A stretch of 43,611 nucleotides of DNA, from contig DOMJ01000003.1 in assembly GCA_003509895.1 (NCBI GenBank), positions 351 to 43,961 on the forward strand, in the 5' to 3' direction. The notes below the pieces were generated by a model. It ran no database searches. It was not told where the DNA came from and saw nothing but the letters and a program-made list of their open reading frames with translations. The DNA is from Candidatus Uhrbacteria bacterium (GTDB lineage Bacteria > Patescibacteriota > Patescibacteriia > UBA9934 > UBA11717). The number at the start of each line of letters is the position of its first letter. Position 1 is the first letter of the stretch. Below are positions 17,386 through 26,704 of this stretch, piece after piece. A program made the translations under genes and the position numbers.

Positions 17386-18909
17386 ATGCGTATGAAACCA
17401 ACCGTAGTACAAGGAGATATTATCAACATAAAGGCGGACGTGCTGATTGTTGGACATCTTGAGGATGGAGGCAAGCGTCTAGGGGGAGCGTTAGAGGCGG
17501 TGGATGCGGTGCTTGGAGGAGAGATTGCATCGGCCATTGCAAGTAAAGAAACGGAGGGAAAATGGAAGACCGTTTTGACGGTTCGGACCAATGGTCGCAT
17601 GCAGGTGAACCATGTGGTTGTTGTTGGATTGGGAACAAAAAAGACCCTCACAGCGGAGCGTGTTCGTCAGGCGGCGGGGCTGGGTTTTAAGGTGGCAAAA
17701 AGTCTACGCGCAACATCTGTGGCAACCGTTTTAATGGGTGCAGGGAGAGGAGAACAAGATCCGCACTCTATCGCACAGGCGATTTCAGAAGCGTTTTTGC
17801 TCACCAACTATCAGTTTGACACGTGGAAAAAGAAGGACGAAGCCTCACCAAACCCGCTTATTAAAAAAGCGACCATTGTGGAATTGGTGTCGACCAAGTG
17901 TAAGTCGGCACTTGCCGGATGTGAGGATGGAACACTGTTTGCAGAGGCAACCATCGTTGCTCGAGATCTGGTAAATGAGGCACCGTCTCACATGTCCCCG
18001 GCGGAATTAAAGCGATCTGCAGAACAGATAGCAAAAAAATCAACGAATGTTTCCCTCAAGGTACTAGATCGTGTTGCAGCAAAAAAGAGGGGAATGAACG
18101 CATTTTTGGCTGTGGCTGCCGGTTCTACAACGGAGCCCTATTTTTTGCACCTTACCTATACACCACCAAAGCCTTCCAAAAAGTCGATCGTTCTTGTTGG
18201 GAAGGGCATTACGTTTGACTCAGGTGGTCTGTCTCTCAAACCGGCTGACGGTATGATGACCATGAAGTGCGACATGGCGGGAGCGGCCACGGGGCTCGGG
18301 GTTTTTTCGGCGCTACAGGCTTTACAGCCAAACATGACGGTTCATGGATTGATCGCTACCTGTGAAAACATGCCATCGGGTTCCGCGTATCGACCGGGGG
18401 ACGTTGTGCGCGCGATGAACGGAACAACCATAGAAGTGTTGAATACGGATGCGGAGGGTCGTGTAACCCTTGCGGATGCTCTCTCCTATGCAACAGAACT
18501 GCAACCAAATGCGATTATAGATATTGCGACATTAACGGGAGCCTGTGTGGTGGCATTGGGAGAAGAAATCGTGGGTGTGATGACGGACAATGACAAACTT
18601 GCCGAACGAACGTTGGAGGCGGCCTATGTAACGGGCGAAGCGTTTTGGGAGCTTCCTTTATATCCCGGGTACGATTGCTTGATTGAAAGTAAAGTGGCAG
18701 ACGTGCAAAATATTGGGATCAACAGGTGGGGAGGGGCGTTGACGGCCGGTCTCTTTCTGAAGAAATTTGTAGACGCAACTATTCCTTGGATGCACTTAGA
18801 CATTGCCGGTCCTGCGTTTGCCGAACGAGAGTACCTTTCTTATGTTCCCTATGGTGGAACGGGGGCAGGTGTTCGCACCTTGTTACAACTCCTCAAGGAT
18901 TATAAATAG
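17386..18909 (+). CDS. pepA: Leucyl aminopeptidase (M17)
   Basis: VGKGITFDSGG, MKCDMAGAA, NTDAEGRVTLAD, HLDIAGP. Confidence 0.97.
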   Translation: MRMKPTVVQGDIINIKADVLIVGHLEDGGKRLGGALEAVDAVLGGEIASAIASKETEGKWKTVLTVRTNGRMQVNHVVVVGLGTKKTLTAERVRQAAGLGFKVAKSLRATSVATVLMGAGRGEQDPHSIAQAISEAFLLTNYQFDTWKKKDEASPNPLIKKATIVELVSTKCKSALAGCEDGTLFAEATIVARDLVNEAPSHMSPAELKRSAEQIAKKSTNVSLKVLDRVAAKKRGMNAFLAVAAGSTTEPYFLHLTYTPPKPSKKSIVLVGKGITFDSGGLSLKPADGMMTMKCDMAGAATGLGVFSALQALQPNMTVHGLIATCENMPSGSAYRPGDVVRAMNGTTIEVLNTDAEGRVTLADALSYATELQPNAIIDIATLTGACVVALGEEIVGVMTDNDKLAERTLEAAYVTGEAFWELPLYPGYDCLIESKVADVQNIGINRWGGALTAGLFLKKFVDATIPWMHLDIAGPAFAEREYLSYVPYGGTGAGVRTLLQLLKDYK

Positions 18910-18917
18910 GATGATAG

Positions 18918-18948
18918 AAAAAACACTCTCAAACGAGAGTGTTTTTTT
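18918..18948. terminator. Bidirectional intrinsic terminator
   Basis: AAAAAACACTCTC-AAAC-GAGAGTGTTTTTT. Confidence 0.85.
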
Positions 18949-18969
18949 AGGCGACCCGTCCTGTTTCAA

Positions 18970-19530
18970 TTAGGCCTTACCAAGTGTCGTACCACCGGCG
19001 TGCCAATTCACAGGGCACAGCTCACCGGTTTGCAACGCGCTCAAAACACGCAAGGTTTCCTCTATGCTGCGACCAACATTGTTGCTGTGGATACCGGCGT
19101 ATTGCAAGATTCCTTCGGGATCTATAATAAACGTTCCGCGAAGAGCGATTCCTTCTTCCTCAATAAGCACGCCATAAGCCTCGGATACCTCATGGGTCAT
19201 GTCGCTTAATAGAGGCGTTTTCAGCTCACCTAAATCTTTGAGCCAGGCCTTATGTGAATGTACGGAATCCGTAGAACAGCCGTACACAACGGTATTGAGT
19301 GCCTCAAACGCTGCATGATTGTCGGAAAATCCGGTAATCTCCGTTGGACAAATAAACGTAAAATCGAGGGGATAAAAAAACAAAACGGTCCATGTTTTAC
19401 TCTTTCCTCCGGTCTTGATCTTGGTAAACTCACCAGTTCCAAATACCGCGTTGAGGGTGAATTCCGGTGCAGGCTCACCAACTTTTGCCGGCTCGTAGAA
19501 GTACATATCTTGGTCCATTTCTTCTTCCAT
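18970..19530 (-). CDS. ahpC: 2-Cys peroxiredoxin
   Basis: FFYPLDFTFICPTE and GELCPVNW. Confidence 0.93.
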   Translation of the reverse strand: MEEEMDQDMYFYEPAKVGEPAPEFTLNAVFGTGEFTKIKTGGKSKTWTVLFFYPLDFTFICPTEITGFSDNHAAFEALNTVVYGCSTDSVHSHKAWLKDLGELKTPLLSDMTHEVSEAYGVLIEEEGIALRGTFIIDPEGILQYAGIHSNNVGRSIEETLRVLSALQTGELCPVNWHAGGTTLGKA

Positions 19531-19594
19531 AGTTGCATGATAAGGGTTTTTTAGGATAGCATAGCCACTATCAACACTATATTACTCTATTTGT

Positions 19595-20842
19595 ATGAAC
19601 CGATTCAAGTTACTGGGGGCAGGATTTCTAAGCCTTGTCTTGTTAGGAGCCGGTTGTGGATCCTCCTCCGTTACGGGAACCGTTCCTATTGTGGATAAGA
19701 ATCCAGGCGCAGAAGTGAACGCTGGAGGATTTTATGAAGAAGTGCAGACTGTAAAGGGAGTGAAAACGATTGTACGACCAACAGATATTCATCCAAGCGG
19801 TCAGTTAGAGGAGACATTCCCTCTATTAGACAATCCAACATTTGTAACGATCGATGAAGCGGAGGCGCAGACAACTCTGTTTGATCAGTTACCGGGATTT
19901 GCGGTAGAGACATCCGAGGGCCCTCGTTTTTATTCTTCGCAGGTGCTTGCATGGCATAACATTGTCCATGATTCCATAGACGGTCAGGATGTGGTGATTA
20001 CCTACAGCCCACTTACAGGGACGGGCGGGGTGTTTGCACGTGAGGGAGGCGAGACCTTTGAATTTAGTGGCCTTGTTTGGAATAATGACGCGCTGTTTGT
20101 GGATGCCAAAACAAATTCTTTGTGGAGCGCCCTCCTAGGGAAAGCCATTTATGGAAAACGAGCCGGAGAGATTTTGGTACCGGTACCGTTTGATGTTGTG
20201 ATGTGGGAACAATGGAAAGCTGCGCATCCGGACGGAAGTGTTTTGTCTGCCAAAACGGGATTTGAACGCCGTTACGATTTGAGCCCATACGGTTCTTATT
20301 TGCAAACACGCTCCATTTTCTTTGGGCTTTCTTCGTCATTTATTCCGGCTCTTGAACCAAAAGCTGTGGTGAATGGTGTGGTCATAGATGGAATGGCAAA
20401 GGCCTATCAGGAAGGTCCCATTGTACAGGCGACACATCGTGTGCTCAATGATCATATTGGAGAACACGCGGTTGTGGCCTGGGCCGACGCGCAGAACGTG
20501 ATTCGTGTGCATGAGCGCACGGAGGAAGTGGAGTTTGATAAAATTTCCCAGACACAGCTTATTGATACGGATGGACGCGCGTGGACGTTGGCAGCCAATG
20601 GGGATCTTGTAAATGGCAATCAAACGTTTGCATCACTCTCGCCTACAAGTACGTTCTGGTTTGCTTGGAGTGCAACGTATCCCAATACAGACCTGTATGC
20701 TTTCGTGATTGGAAAAGGTCTTGTGAATGGGCCGTATGAGTTAGGTGAGGGAGAGGGCGTTGAGTTGGAGGAAAATAACACAAAAATTGAGGTGAGTGAT
20801 ACACCATCCATCACACCGATTATTGAAGAAGTGGTCCAGTAA
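19595..20842 (+). CDS. DUF3179-like lipoprotein
   Basis: LLGAGC signal, WHNIVHD, TYSPLTGTG, SGLVWNND..D.KTNSLW, WKAAHPD, FWFAWSATYPNT. Confidence 0.75.
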   Translation: MNRFKLLGAGFLSLVLLGAGCGSSSVTGTVPIVDKNPGAEVNAGGFYEEVQTVKGVKTIVRPTDIHPSGQLEETFPLLDNPTFVTIDEAEAQTTLFDQLPGFAVETSEGPRFYSSQVLAWHNIVHDSIDGQDVVITYSPLTGTGGVFAREGGETFEFSGLVWNNDALFVDAKTNSLWSALLGKAIYGKRAGEILVPVPFDVVMWEQWKAAHPDGSVLSAKTGFERRYDLSPYGSYLQTRSIFFGLSSSFIPALEPKAVVNGVVIDGMAKAYQEGPIVQATHRVLNDHIGEHAVVAWADAQNVIRVHERTEEVEFDKISQTQLIDTDGRAWTLAANGDLVNGNQTFASLSPTSTFWFAWSATYPNTDLYAFVIGKGLVNGPYELGEGEGVELEENNTKIEVSDTPSITPIIEEVVQ

Positions 20843-21510
20843 TGAAGGCAACACTGTATATGGTGGCAACGCCGATCGGGAACATGCAGGATGTTTCCGA
20901 TCGGACACGGTCGACGCTCTCCGGCGCGGACATTGTGTTTGCGGAAGACACGCGTGTTGCGCAATCCCTGTTGCAGAAACTAGAGATCACAACACCTGTT
21001 GAGCGATACGATCATCATAGCCACGATCGACAGGTAACAACCGTTTTGGCCTATTTGCGAGAGGGGAAGCAGGTTGCCTATGTCTCCGATGCCGGAACCC
21101 CCGGCGTAGAGGATCCGGGCGGAAGGCTTGTTGCCGCGGTTGCTTCCCAGTTGCCAGAGGTTGTCATTTCTCCTATTCCGGGACCATCTGCCATTATGGC
21201 GGCGCTGTCTGTGAGCGGCTTTCCGGCGGACAAATTTGTGGTGATGGGTTTTGCTCCAAAGAAAAAAGGGCGACAGAGTTATTTTGATCGCCTTGCAGAG
21301 ACAGAGGGCACGGTTGTGTTGTATGAAGCCACACACCGGATAGAAAAAACGGTGGCGGAAATAGCAGCACGACAACCGGATCGCTCGATGTTTATTGCAC
21401 GGGAGATAACAAAAAAGTTTGAAACGCTGTTACGCGGTACGGCGAGCCAATTACAAGAACGTTTGTCCTCAGAAAATACAAAAGGAGAATTTATTGTCGT
21501 GGTATCATAG
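20842..21510 (+). CDS. rsmI: 16S rRNA (cytidine1402-2'-O)-methyltransferase
   Basis: LYMVATPIGN, AEDTR, SDAGTPG, PIPGPSA, REITKKFE. Confidence 0.95.
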   Translation: MKATLYMVATPIGNMQDVSDRTRSTLSGADIVFAEDTRVAQSLLQKLEITTPVERYDHHSHDRQVTTVLAYLREGKQVAYVSDAGTPGVEDPGGRLVAAVASQLPEVVISPIPGPSAIMAALSVSGFPADKFVVMGFAPKKKGRQSYFDRLAETEGTVVLYEATHRIEKTVAEIAARQPDRSMFIAREITKKFETLLRGTASQLQERLSSENTKGEFIVVVS

Positions 21511-21517
21511 GGTTGCT

Positions 21518-23044
21518 ATGAAAACGTTTTACATCACAACGCCCATTTATTACGCCTCGGGAGACCCGCACATTGGACATGCGTATACAAATCTCATGGC
21601 CGACATTACGGCACGGTATCACCGGATGGGAGGACACCCGGTTTTGTTTTTAACCGGCACAGATGAACATGGAATGAAGGTGCAACAGAAGGCACAGGAG
21701 ACAGGGCAAACCCCTCAGGTGTTTGTGGATGAGATTGCGGCACGATTTAGGGAGTTGACGGATGTGTGGAATATTACAAATGACGATTTTATTCGCACAA
21801 CCGAAGATCGGCACAAGGAAACCGTTCGTGTATTTTGGCAGCGTGTGATGGACGCCGGGTATATCTATAAAAAAAAGTATGGAGGCCTCTATTGTGTTGG
21901 ATGTGAATCGTTCAAAACAGAAAAGGATCTGGTAGAGGGTAAATGCACAGATCACGATGCAGTGCCGGAACAGTTAGAAGAAGAGAACTACTTTTTTCAA
22001 TTATCGGCGTTTCAAAAGCCGCTAGAAGCGTTGTTTGATGCAGGCGAGGACTTTGTAACACCTGCGGATAAATGTAAGGAGATGCGTCAGATATTGGCGT
22101 CCGGTTTGGAAGATATTTCTGTTTCTCGTTCCACCGATAAGCTTCAGTGGGGGATTCCGGTTCCGGGAGATGAGAGTCAGGTGTTGTATGTGTGGTTTGA
22201 TGCCCTTGTGAATTATGTTTCCGCCATTGGTTTTGGGCGCACGGAGGATCACATGAAGGACATATGGCCGGCGGACATTCATTTTGTTGGAAAGGAAATT
22301 AATCGTTTTCACTCCCTGCTCTGGCCAGCTATGTTACTTGCGGCAGGACTTCAGCCACCCAAACAGATTGCCGTACATGGATGGATTACGGTGGATGGAA
22401 AAAAGATGAGTAAAACGATAGGAAACGTTTTGGACCCGTTTGATTTGGTGGAGCAGCGAGGTTTGGAGGCGGTGCGTTATTTTTTAGCACGCGAAATTCC
22501 ATTTTATCGAGACGGAGATTTTTCCTTCGCGCGTTTTGAGGATCGTTACAATAATGATCTGGCAAATGAACTCGGCAATCTCCTGCATCGTGCTGTGGCT
22601 ATGACCGATCGCTACGTGGCAAGCGTGGTTCCGGCAAAAGCTGAATATGAAGTCGCGACGCATTGGACAGCGTATCGTGCCTCAATGGAGGATTTGCGCT
22701 TTGACGATGCGCTTGCCGCCGTGTGGGAATTGGTACGAGAGTTGAACAAATATATAGACACAATGGAACCGTGGAAACTGGGTAAGCAAGAGGACAAAAC
22801 GCCGGTTTCCCAGGTTTTATATGTTTTATTGGAGTCGCTACGTCATCTCGGGTGGATGCTCATGCCTATTATGCCGGAAACATCTATGCGTCTTTTTGAG
22901 GCGGTGGGGACTTCCTTTGAGGAGCAAGCCAAGATCACCATGTCAGAGGCGGCAAAATGGGGAGGCTTAAAACCGGGATCTCTCGTGGTAAGCGGAGAAC
23001 CGTTATTTCCGCGTATGGAATCTGTTTTGGAATCAGCGTCCTAG
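21518..23044 (+). CDS. metG: Methionine--tRNA ligase (short form)
   Basis: FYITTPIYY, HIGH, GTDEHG, YVWFDAL, KMSKT. Confidence 0.97.
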   Translation: MKTFYITTPIYYASGDPHIGHAYTNLMADITARYHRMGGHPVLFLTGTDEHGMKVQQKAQETGQTPQVFVDEIAARFRELTDVWNITNDDFIRTTEDRHKETVRVFWQRVMDAGYIYKKKYGGLYCVGCESFKTEKDLVEGKCTDHDAVPEQLEEENYFFQLSAFQKPLEALFDAGEDFVTPADKCKEMRQILASGLEDISVSRSTDKLQWGIPVPGDESQVLYVWFDALVNYVSAIGFGRTEDHMKDIWPADIHFVGKEINRFHSLLWPAMLLAAGLQPPKQIAVHGWITVDGKKMSKTIGNVLDPFDLVEQRGLEAVRYFLAREIPFYRDGDFSFARFEDRYNNDLANELGNLLHRAVAMTDRYVASVVPAKAEYEVATHWTAYRASMEDLRFDDALAAVWELVRELNKYIDTMEPWKLGKQEDKTPVSQVLYVLLESLRHLGWMLMPIMPETSMRLFEAVGTSFEEQAKITMSEAAKWGGLKPGSLVVSGEPLFPRMESVLESAS

Positions 23045-23045
23045 C

Positions 23046-23573
23046 ATGGAAAATTTGTTAGACATTGGTGTCTTGGTGGCAGTAGGGGGATTTGCTCTCT
23101 ATGGGTTTGCGGTCGGATTTGTTCAAACGCTTACAAGCTTGGTGGGAATGATTTTTTCTATTTTGGTTGCTTCTCGCACCTACTTGCCGATTGCGGATTG
23201 GATCTTGCCGCCTGTACTGTCTGATCGGTTTGGCGTTCAACTGTTTGTCTTTTTTTTGATTTTGATTTTTATCACGAGTCTTGTAAATATTTTCGTACGA
23301 GTTATAGACAGAGTGTTTCATGTTGTTTCCATTATTCCGTTTACCAAGTCCCTGAATCGTGCACTCGGTTTTGTGCTTGGATTGATTTTGGGCGTGTTGG
23401 CCATAGGCGCGCTCTTATTTGTGTCTCTACAACTTCCGTCTCTACCGAGTGGACTCCAAGAATTCCTGGATCAATCTCGACTTATTGGGCCGCTCATCTT
23501 TCTTGCCGGTATCGTGTCGCTTCTGTTTCCGTCGGTTATAGATCAGGCAAAAGAATTTATCCCATCGTCTTAA
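23046..23573 (+). CDS. cvpA: CvpA-family membrane protein
   Basis: LLDIG...YGFAVGFV N-terminus, NRALGFVLGLILG, SRL motif, 4 TM. Confidence 0.8.
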   Translation: MENLLDIGVLVAVGGFALYGFAVGFVQTLTSLVGMIFSILVASRTYLPIADWILPPVLSDRFGVQLFVFFLILIFITSLVNIFVRVIDRVFHVVSIIPFTKSLNRALGFVLGLILGVLAIGALLFVSLQLPSLPSGLQEFLDQSRLIGPLIFLAGIVSLLFPSVIDQAKEFIPSS

Positions 23574-23594
23574 CGCCGTTTCTGCAATAGAAGT

Positions 23595-23641
23595 GAGCAT
23601 CAGAGCCCTTACGTACGCGAGGCGCCATTCTGGTGCTTTTT
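23595..23641 (+). terminator. Probable terminator after cvpA
   Basis: AGCATCAGA...TCTGGTGCT stem followed by a T-run. Confidence 0.5.
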
Positions 23642-23691
23642 CGCTTTTTGGGAGCTTTGGCACGGTAAACAAGATAGATGTGGACAACTGG

Positions 23692-23719
23692 TTGACATAT
23701 CCTGCGGGTATGGTAAGCT
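23692..23719 (+). promoter_or_regulatory. Sigma70-type promoter for the small tandem RNA
   Basis: TTGACA (23692-97), 16-nt spacer ending TGG, TAAGCT (23714-19). Confidence 0.6.
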
Positions 23720-23726
23720 TTTCTTG

Positions 23727-23829
23727 TTGAACAGCTGAAAGCTCCCGGCACTTAACCGGGGTTCAACGGAGCAGCTTACAGCACTCGGCAGTTAACCGAG
23801 GCTCATGGAACGCAAACGCGTTCTTTTTT
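23727..23829 (+). ncRNA. Putative small RNA with two tandem structured units and a terminator
   Basis: 34-nt imperfect repeats at 23732-65 and 23772-805 with compensatory stem changes, followed by GAACGC-AAAC-GCGTTC-TTTTTT. Confidence 0.6.
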
Positions 23830-23845
23830 GTTATACTACCCATCT

Positions 23846-24697
23846 ATGATTGATACACATTGCCATGTGCACTTTACGGACTACGGAGAAAACAGAGCCG
23901 ATGTTATTGGCCGCACACAGAAAAAAGGGGTTGAGATGATCACGATTGGAACACAGACATCTACCTCCCTTGAGGCAATACAGACGGCAGAACAATATGA
24001 GGGAGTTTGGTGTACGGTTGGTTTGCATCCAAGTCATACACATCCCTACACGTTGCATGCAGATCAGAACGAGGTGACAGATACTCACGTTGAATTATTT
24101 GATAAAGACGACTATCGCAAACTGGTTGAACGCTCCAATAAGGTTGTTGCGATTGGGGAGGTTGGATTGGACTACTATCGGTTGCCTACGGAGGCGGAAG
24201 ATGTTGCGGACGTAAAGTTAAAGCAAAAAACGGAACTTTGGAAAGCAATAGAACTGGCAACAGAGGTCAATTTGCCTCTTGTTTTGCATGTACGAGATGC
24301 CCATACAGATATGGTAAGCATAATAGAGGCGGCTCAGACACGTGGAATGATGTCACGTGGGGCTGTTATTCATTGTTTTACAGGCACAACGGAGGAGGCT
24401 CGTGTCTATCACCGTCTTGGCATCCTGACGTCTTTTACGGGCATTATTACATTTGGAGATAAAAAACACCCGGAGAAGCTCACGCCGTTGATGAAAACCG
24501 TCCAAGATCTTCCGTTGGAGATGATGATGATTGAGACAGATGCGCCATACCTTGCGCCAGAACCGCACCGTGGAAAGCAGAATGAGCCGTGGATGGTGCA
24601 ATATGTTGCAGAGAAAATTGCCGCACTCAAGGGGATAACAACAGAGGAAGTGGATCGTGTAACAACCAAAACGGCACAGCATTTTTTTGGCCTTTAA
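23846..24697 (+). CDS. tatD: TatD-family hydrolase/DNase
   Basis: MIDTHCH, GLHP, AIGEVGLDYY, LHVRDA, IHCFTG, ETDAPYLAP. Confidence 0.93.
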   Translation: MIDTHCHVHFTDYGENRADVIGRTQKKGVEMITIGTQTSTSLEAIQTAEQYEGVWCTVGLHPSHTHPYTLHADQNEVTDTHVELFDKDDYRKLVERSNKVVAIGEVGLDYYRLPTEAEDVADVKLKQKTELWKAIELATEVNLPLVLHVRDAHTDMVSIIEAAQTRGMMSRGAVIHCFTGTTEEARVYHRLGILTSFTGIITFGDKKHPEKLTPLMKTVQDLPLEMMMIETDAPYLAPEPHRGKQNEPWMVQYVAEKIAALKGITTEEVDRVTTKTAQHFFGL

Positions 24698-24824
24698 GGA
24701 TCAAAAGAATCTGTATTTTAGTTGTCAAGCCACAACTACTTGACTTCTCGTGCAAAAGGGTATGTGCCTGTCCACCTAAATGTCTTGACATAACGGGTTT
24801 TTAGATTTAATGTGTTTTCGCTTT

Positions 24825-25079
24825 ATGAAGATTTTTACATGGCATCATCGATTTCTCATTGCGTCGTCTACTTTTTTGGTCGTTTTGGTGTTTGGCGCTC
24901 TGGGTTGGTGGATTGGAAGCGCTGCGGGATCTGTTCCTGCAGGGGTCATGATCGCCGTCCTGTTTTCTTATCCGGTATCCTTGTGGCTTGTCGCTCGTAC
25001 GGTTCGGCATTCGTTTGCTAAGACGATTCTCAAGGAAGAACTGGAAGAAAACCCATCAACGGATCAACAAAAACAATAG
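24825..25079 (+). CDS. AtpZ/AtpI-like small membrane protein (first gene of atp operon)
   Basis: 2 TM with a GALGWWIG...G.P pattern, immediately upstream of atpB. Confidence 0.6.
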   Translation: MKIFTWHHRFLIASSTFLVVLVFGALGWWIGSAAGSVPAGVMIAVLFSYPVSLWLVARTVRHSFAKTILKEELEENPSTDQQKQ

Positions 25080-25082
25080 TAT

Positions 25083-25910
25083 ATGGATATCTCACTACCG
25101 GCACGCGTGATTACGTATCTTGGGCCGATTCCGCTCACCGATGGGCAGCTCGGAGCAATACTTGTGTCTCTTTTTACCATCCTCTTTTTTGTGCTTTCCG
25201 CTCGTCGTTTTTCGCTTGTTCCAACACGAATGCAGCTTGTTTTGGAATTTGTACACGACTACATTATGGAGCAGTTGGAAAATGCGTTTCACTCAAAAAA
25301 ACGGGCAAATGCGTTTTTTCCCCTTTTTATGACGCTGCTCATTTTTATTCTTGTTTCCAATCAATTCGCTCTCATGCCACTCGTTTTTGAAATTATGACA
25401 AGTGGTGGCGATGTTTTTAGACAACCAACGTCGGACCTGACCAATACACTGGCGTTGTCTTTGGTGATCTTTCTTATCTGCCATTTTATGGCCTTTAAGA
25501 TTTCTCCATTAAAACACCTGTCCAACTTTTTTAACGTTATGCCTCTCTTGAGAGCGCGATCCGTTGGCGCCGTGTTTAGTGCAGGTATCGAATTTTTTAT
25601 TGGACTGTTGAATATTATTGGTGAATTTGCAAAGATTGTTTCTCTCGCAGCACGTTTGTTTGGAAATGTTTTTGCCGGAAACGTGATGGTGGCCGTTATT
25701 ATGAGTTTGAGTTTTTATACGCAGTTTTTGGCGCCATTGCCGTTTATTGTGTTGAGTACCTTCTCCGGACTCGTTCAATCATTTGTGTTTATGTTGCTGG
25801 CGATCCAGTTTGTTGCGCTCTCCATTGACGGTGCCACACCGGCGCAAGACGAGCAGATTTCACAAGAATCCTTGGAAGTTGGCAGTTCGAATATAGCCGT
25901 TGGGGCATAG
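25083..25910 (+). CDS. atpB: ATP synthase Fo subunit a
   Basis: PTRMQ, PTSDLTNTLALS, SLAARLFGNVFAG, VQSFVF. Confidence 0.95.
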   Translation: MDISLPARVITYLGPIPLTDGQLGAILVSLFTILFFVLSARRFSLVPTRMQLVLEFVHDYIMEQLENAFHSKKRANAFFPLFMTLLIFILVSNQFALMPLVFEIMTSGGDVFRQPTSDLTNTLALSLVIFLICHFMAFKISPLKHLSNFFNVMPLLRARSVGAVFSAGIEFFIGLLNIIGEFAKIVSLAARLFGNVFAGNVMVAVIMSLSFYTQFLAPLPFIVLSTFSGLVQSFVFMLLAIQFVALSIDGATPAQDEQISQESLEVGSSNIAVGA

Positions 25911-25954
25911 ATTCGAGCTTTTAACTACTAATGGTTTATAACAAATCACTATCT

Positions 25955-26185
25955 ATGGATATTGAAGCGGCAAAGTTGTTAGCGGCAGGTATTTGTATGG
26001 GTTTGGGTGCTATTGGTCCCGGTATTGGAGAGGGATATGTTGGAGGAAAAGCTTTGGAGGCTATTGGTCGCAATCCTTCTATTCAAAATAAAATTATCCC
26101 AAACATGGTGGTTGCTATGGCGATCACCGAGTCCACAGGTATTTATGCGCTTGTGATTTCTTTGATTATTCTCTTCGTGCTCTAA
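25955..26185 (+). CDS. atpE: ATP synthase Fo subunit c (Na+-type signature)
   Basis: GLGAIGPGIGEG Gly motif, RNP loop, ESTGIY. Confidence 0.97.
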   Translation: MDIEAAKLLAAGICMGLGAIGPGIGEGYVGGKALEAIGRNPSIQNKIIPNMVVAMAITESTGIYALVISLIILFVL

Positions 26186-26188
26186 CCT

Positions 26189-26704
26189 ATGGACGCCCTG
26201 GCAAAACTTGGCATTGATGGATGGGGCATTTTTCTGTATCTCGTGAACTTTGGTGTATTGCTATTTGTTCTGCAGCGCTTTGCCTACAAGCCGTTACGGC
26301 TCTATTTGGATCAGCGTCGCGAGCAAATTAAGGAAAACATAGAGGAGGCAGAGTCTCTTCGAGCCACGTTGGAAGCAGAGCGAGAACGTGAGGTTATTGA
26401 TCGTAGGGAGCGCGAGGCACATCTGCAAGCACGACTTCTTGAAGCAAAACGTATTATGAAGGAGGAGGCAAAGAGTCTTCTCACAGATGCGGTGTCACGG
26501 CGCGACGTTATCCTAACACAGGCGGGAGAACAGGCACAACGACTCACTGAGGGGGCACTACAAGAGGCGGAAGAGGAAACCATCAAGCGCATTCGTCAGG
26601 TTGTCCTGCATGTTCTTGGCGATTCACTCTCCGAGGATGTTGTAAAAGAAAGTGTTCGTGAAAGCTGGAAGCACGTGACCGGTACATCGTCCTATGGTCA
26701 GTAA
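26189..26704 (+). CDS. atpF: ATP synthase Fo subunit b
   Basis: VNFGVLLFVL..FAYKPL...LDQRREQI followed by a coiled coil. Confidence 0.92.
   Translation: MDALAKLGIDGWGIFLYLVNFGVLLFVLQRFAYKPLRLYLDQRREQIKENIEEAESLRATLEAEREREVIDRREREAHLQARLLEAKRIMKEEAKSLLTDAVSRRDVILTQAGEQAQRLTEGALQEAEEETIKRIRQVVLHVLGDSLSEDVVKESVRESWKHVTGTSSYGQ

Noticed and set aside
23732..23805. Mini CRISPR array
   Set aside because: Only two imperfect units separated by 6 nt, with no spacer-sized unique sequence and no cas genes.
24718..24811. atp operon promoter/operator (TAGTTGT..ACAACTA repeat, several TTGAC)
   Set aside because: No -10 box at a convincing spacing from the TTGAC hexamers, so it is too ambiguous to call.
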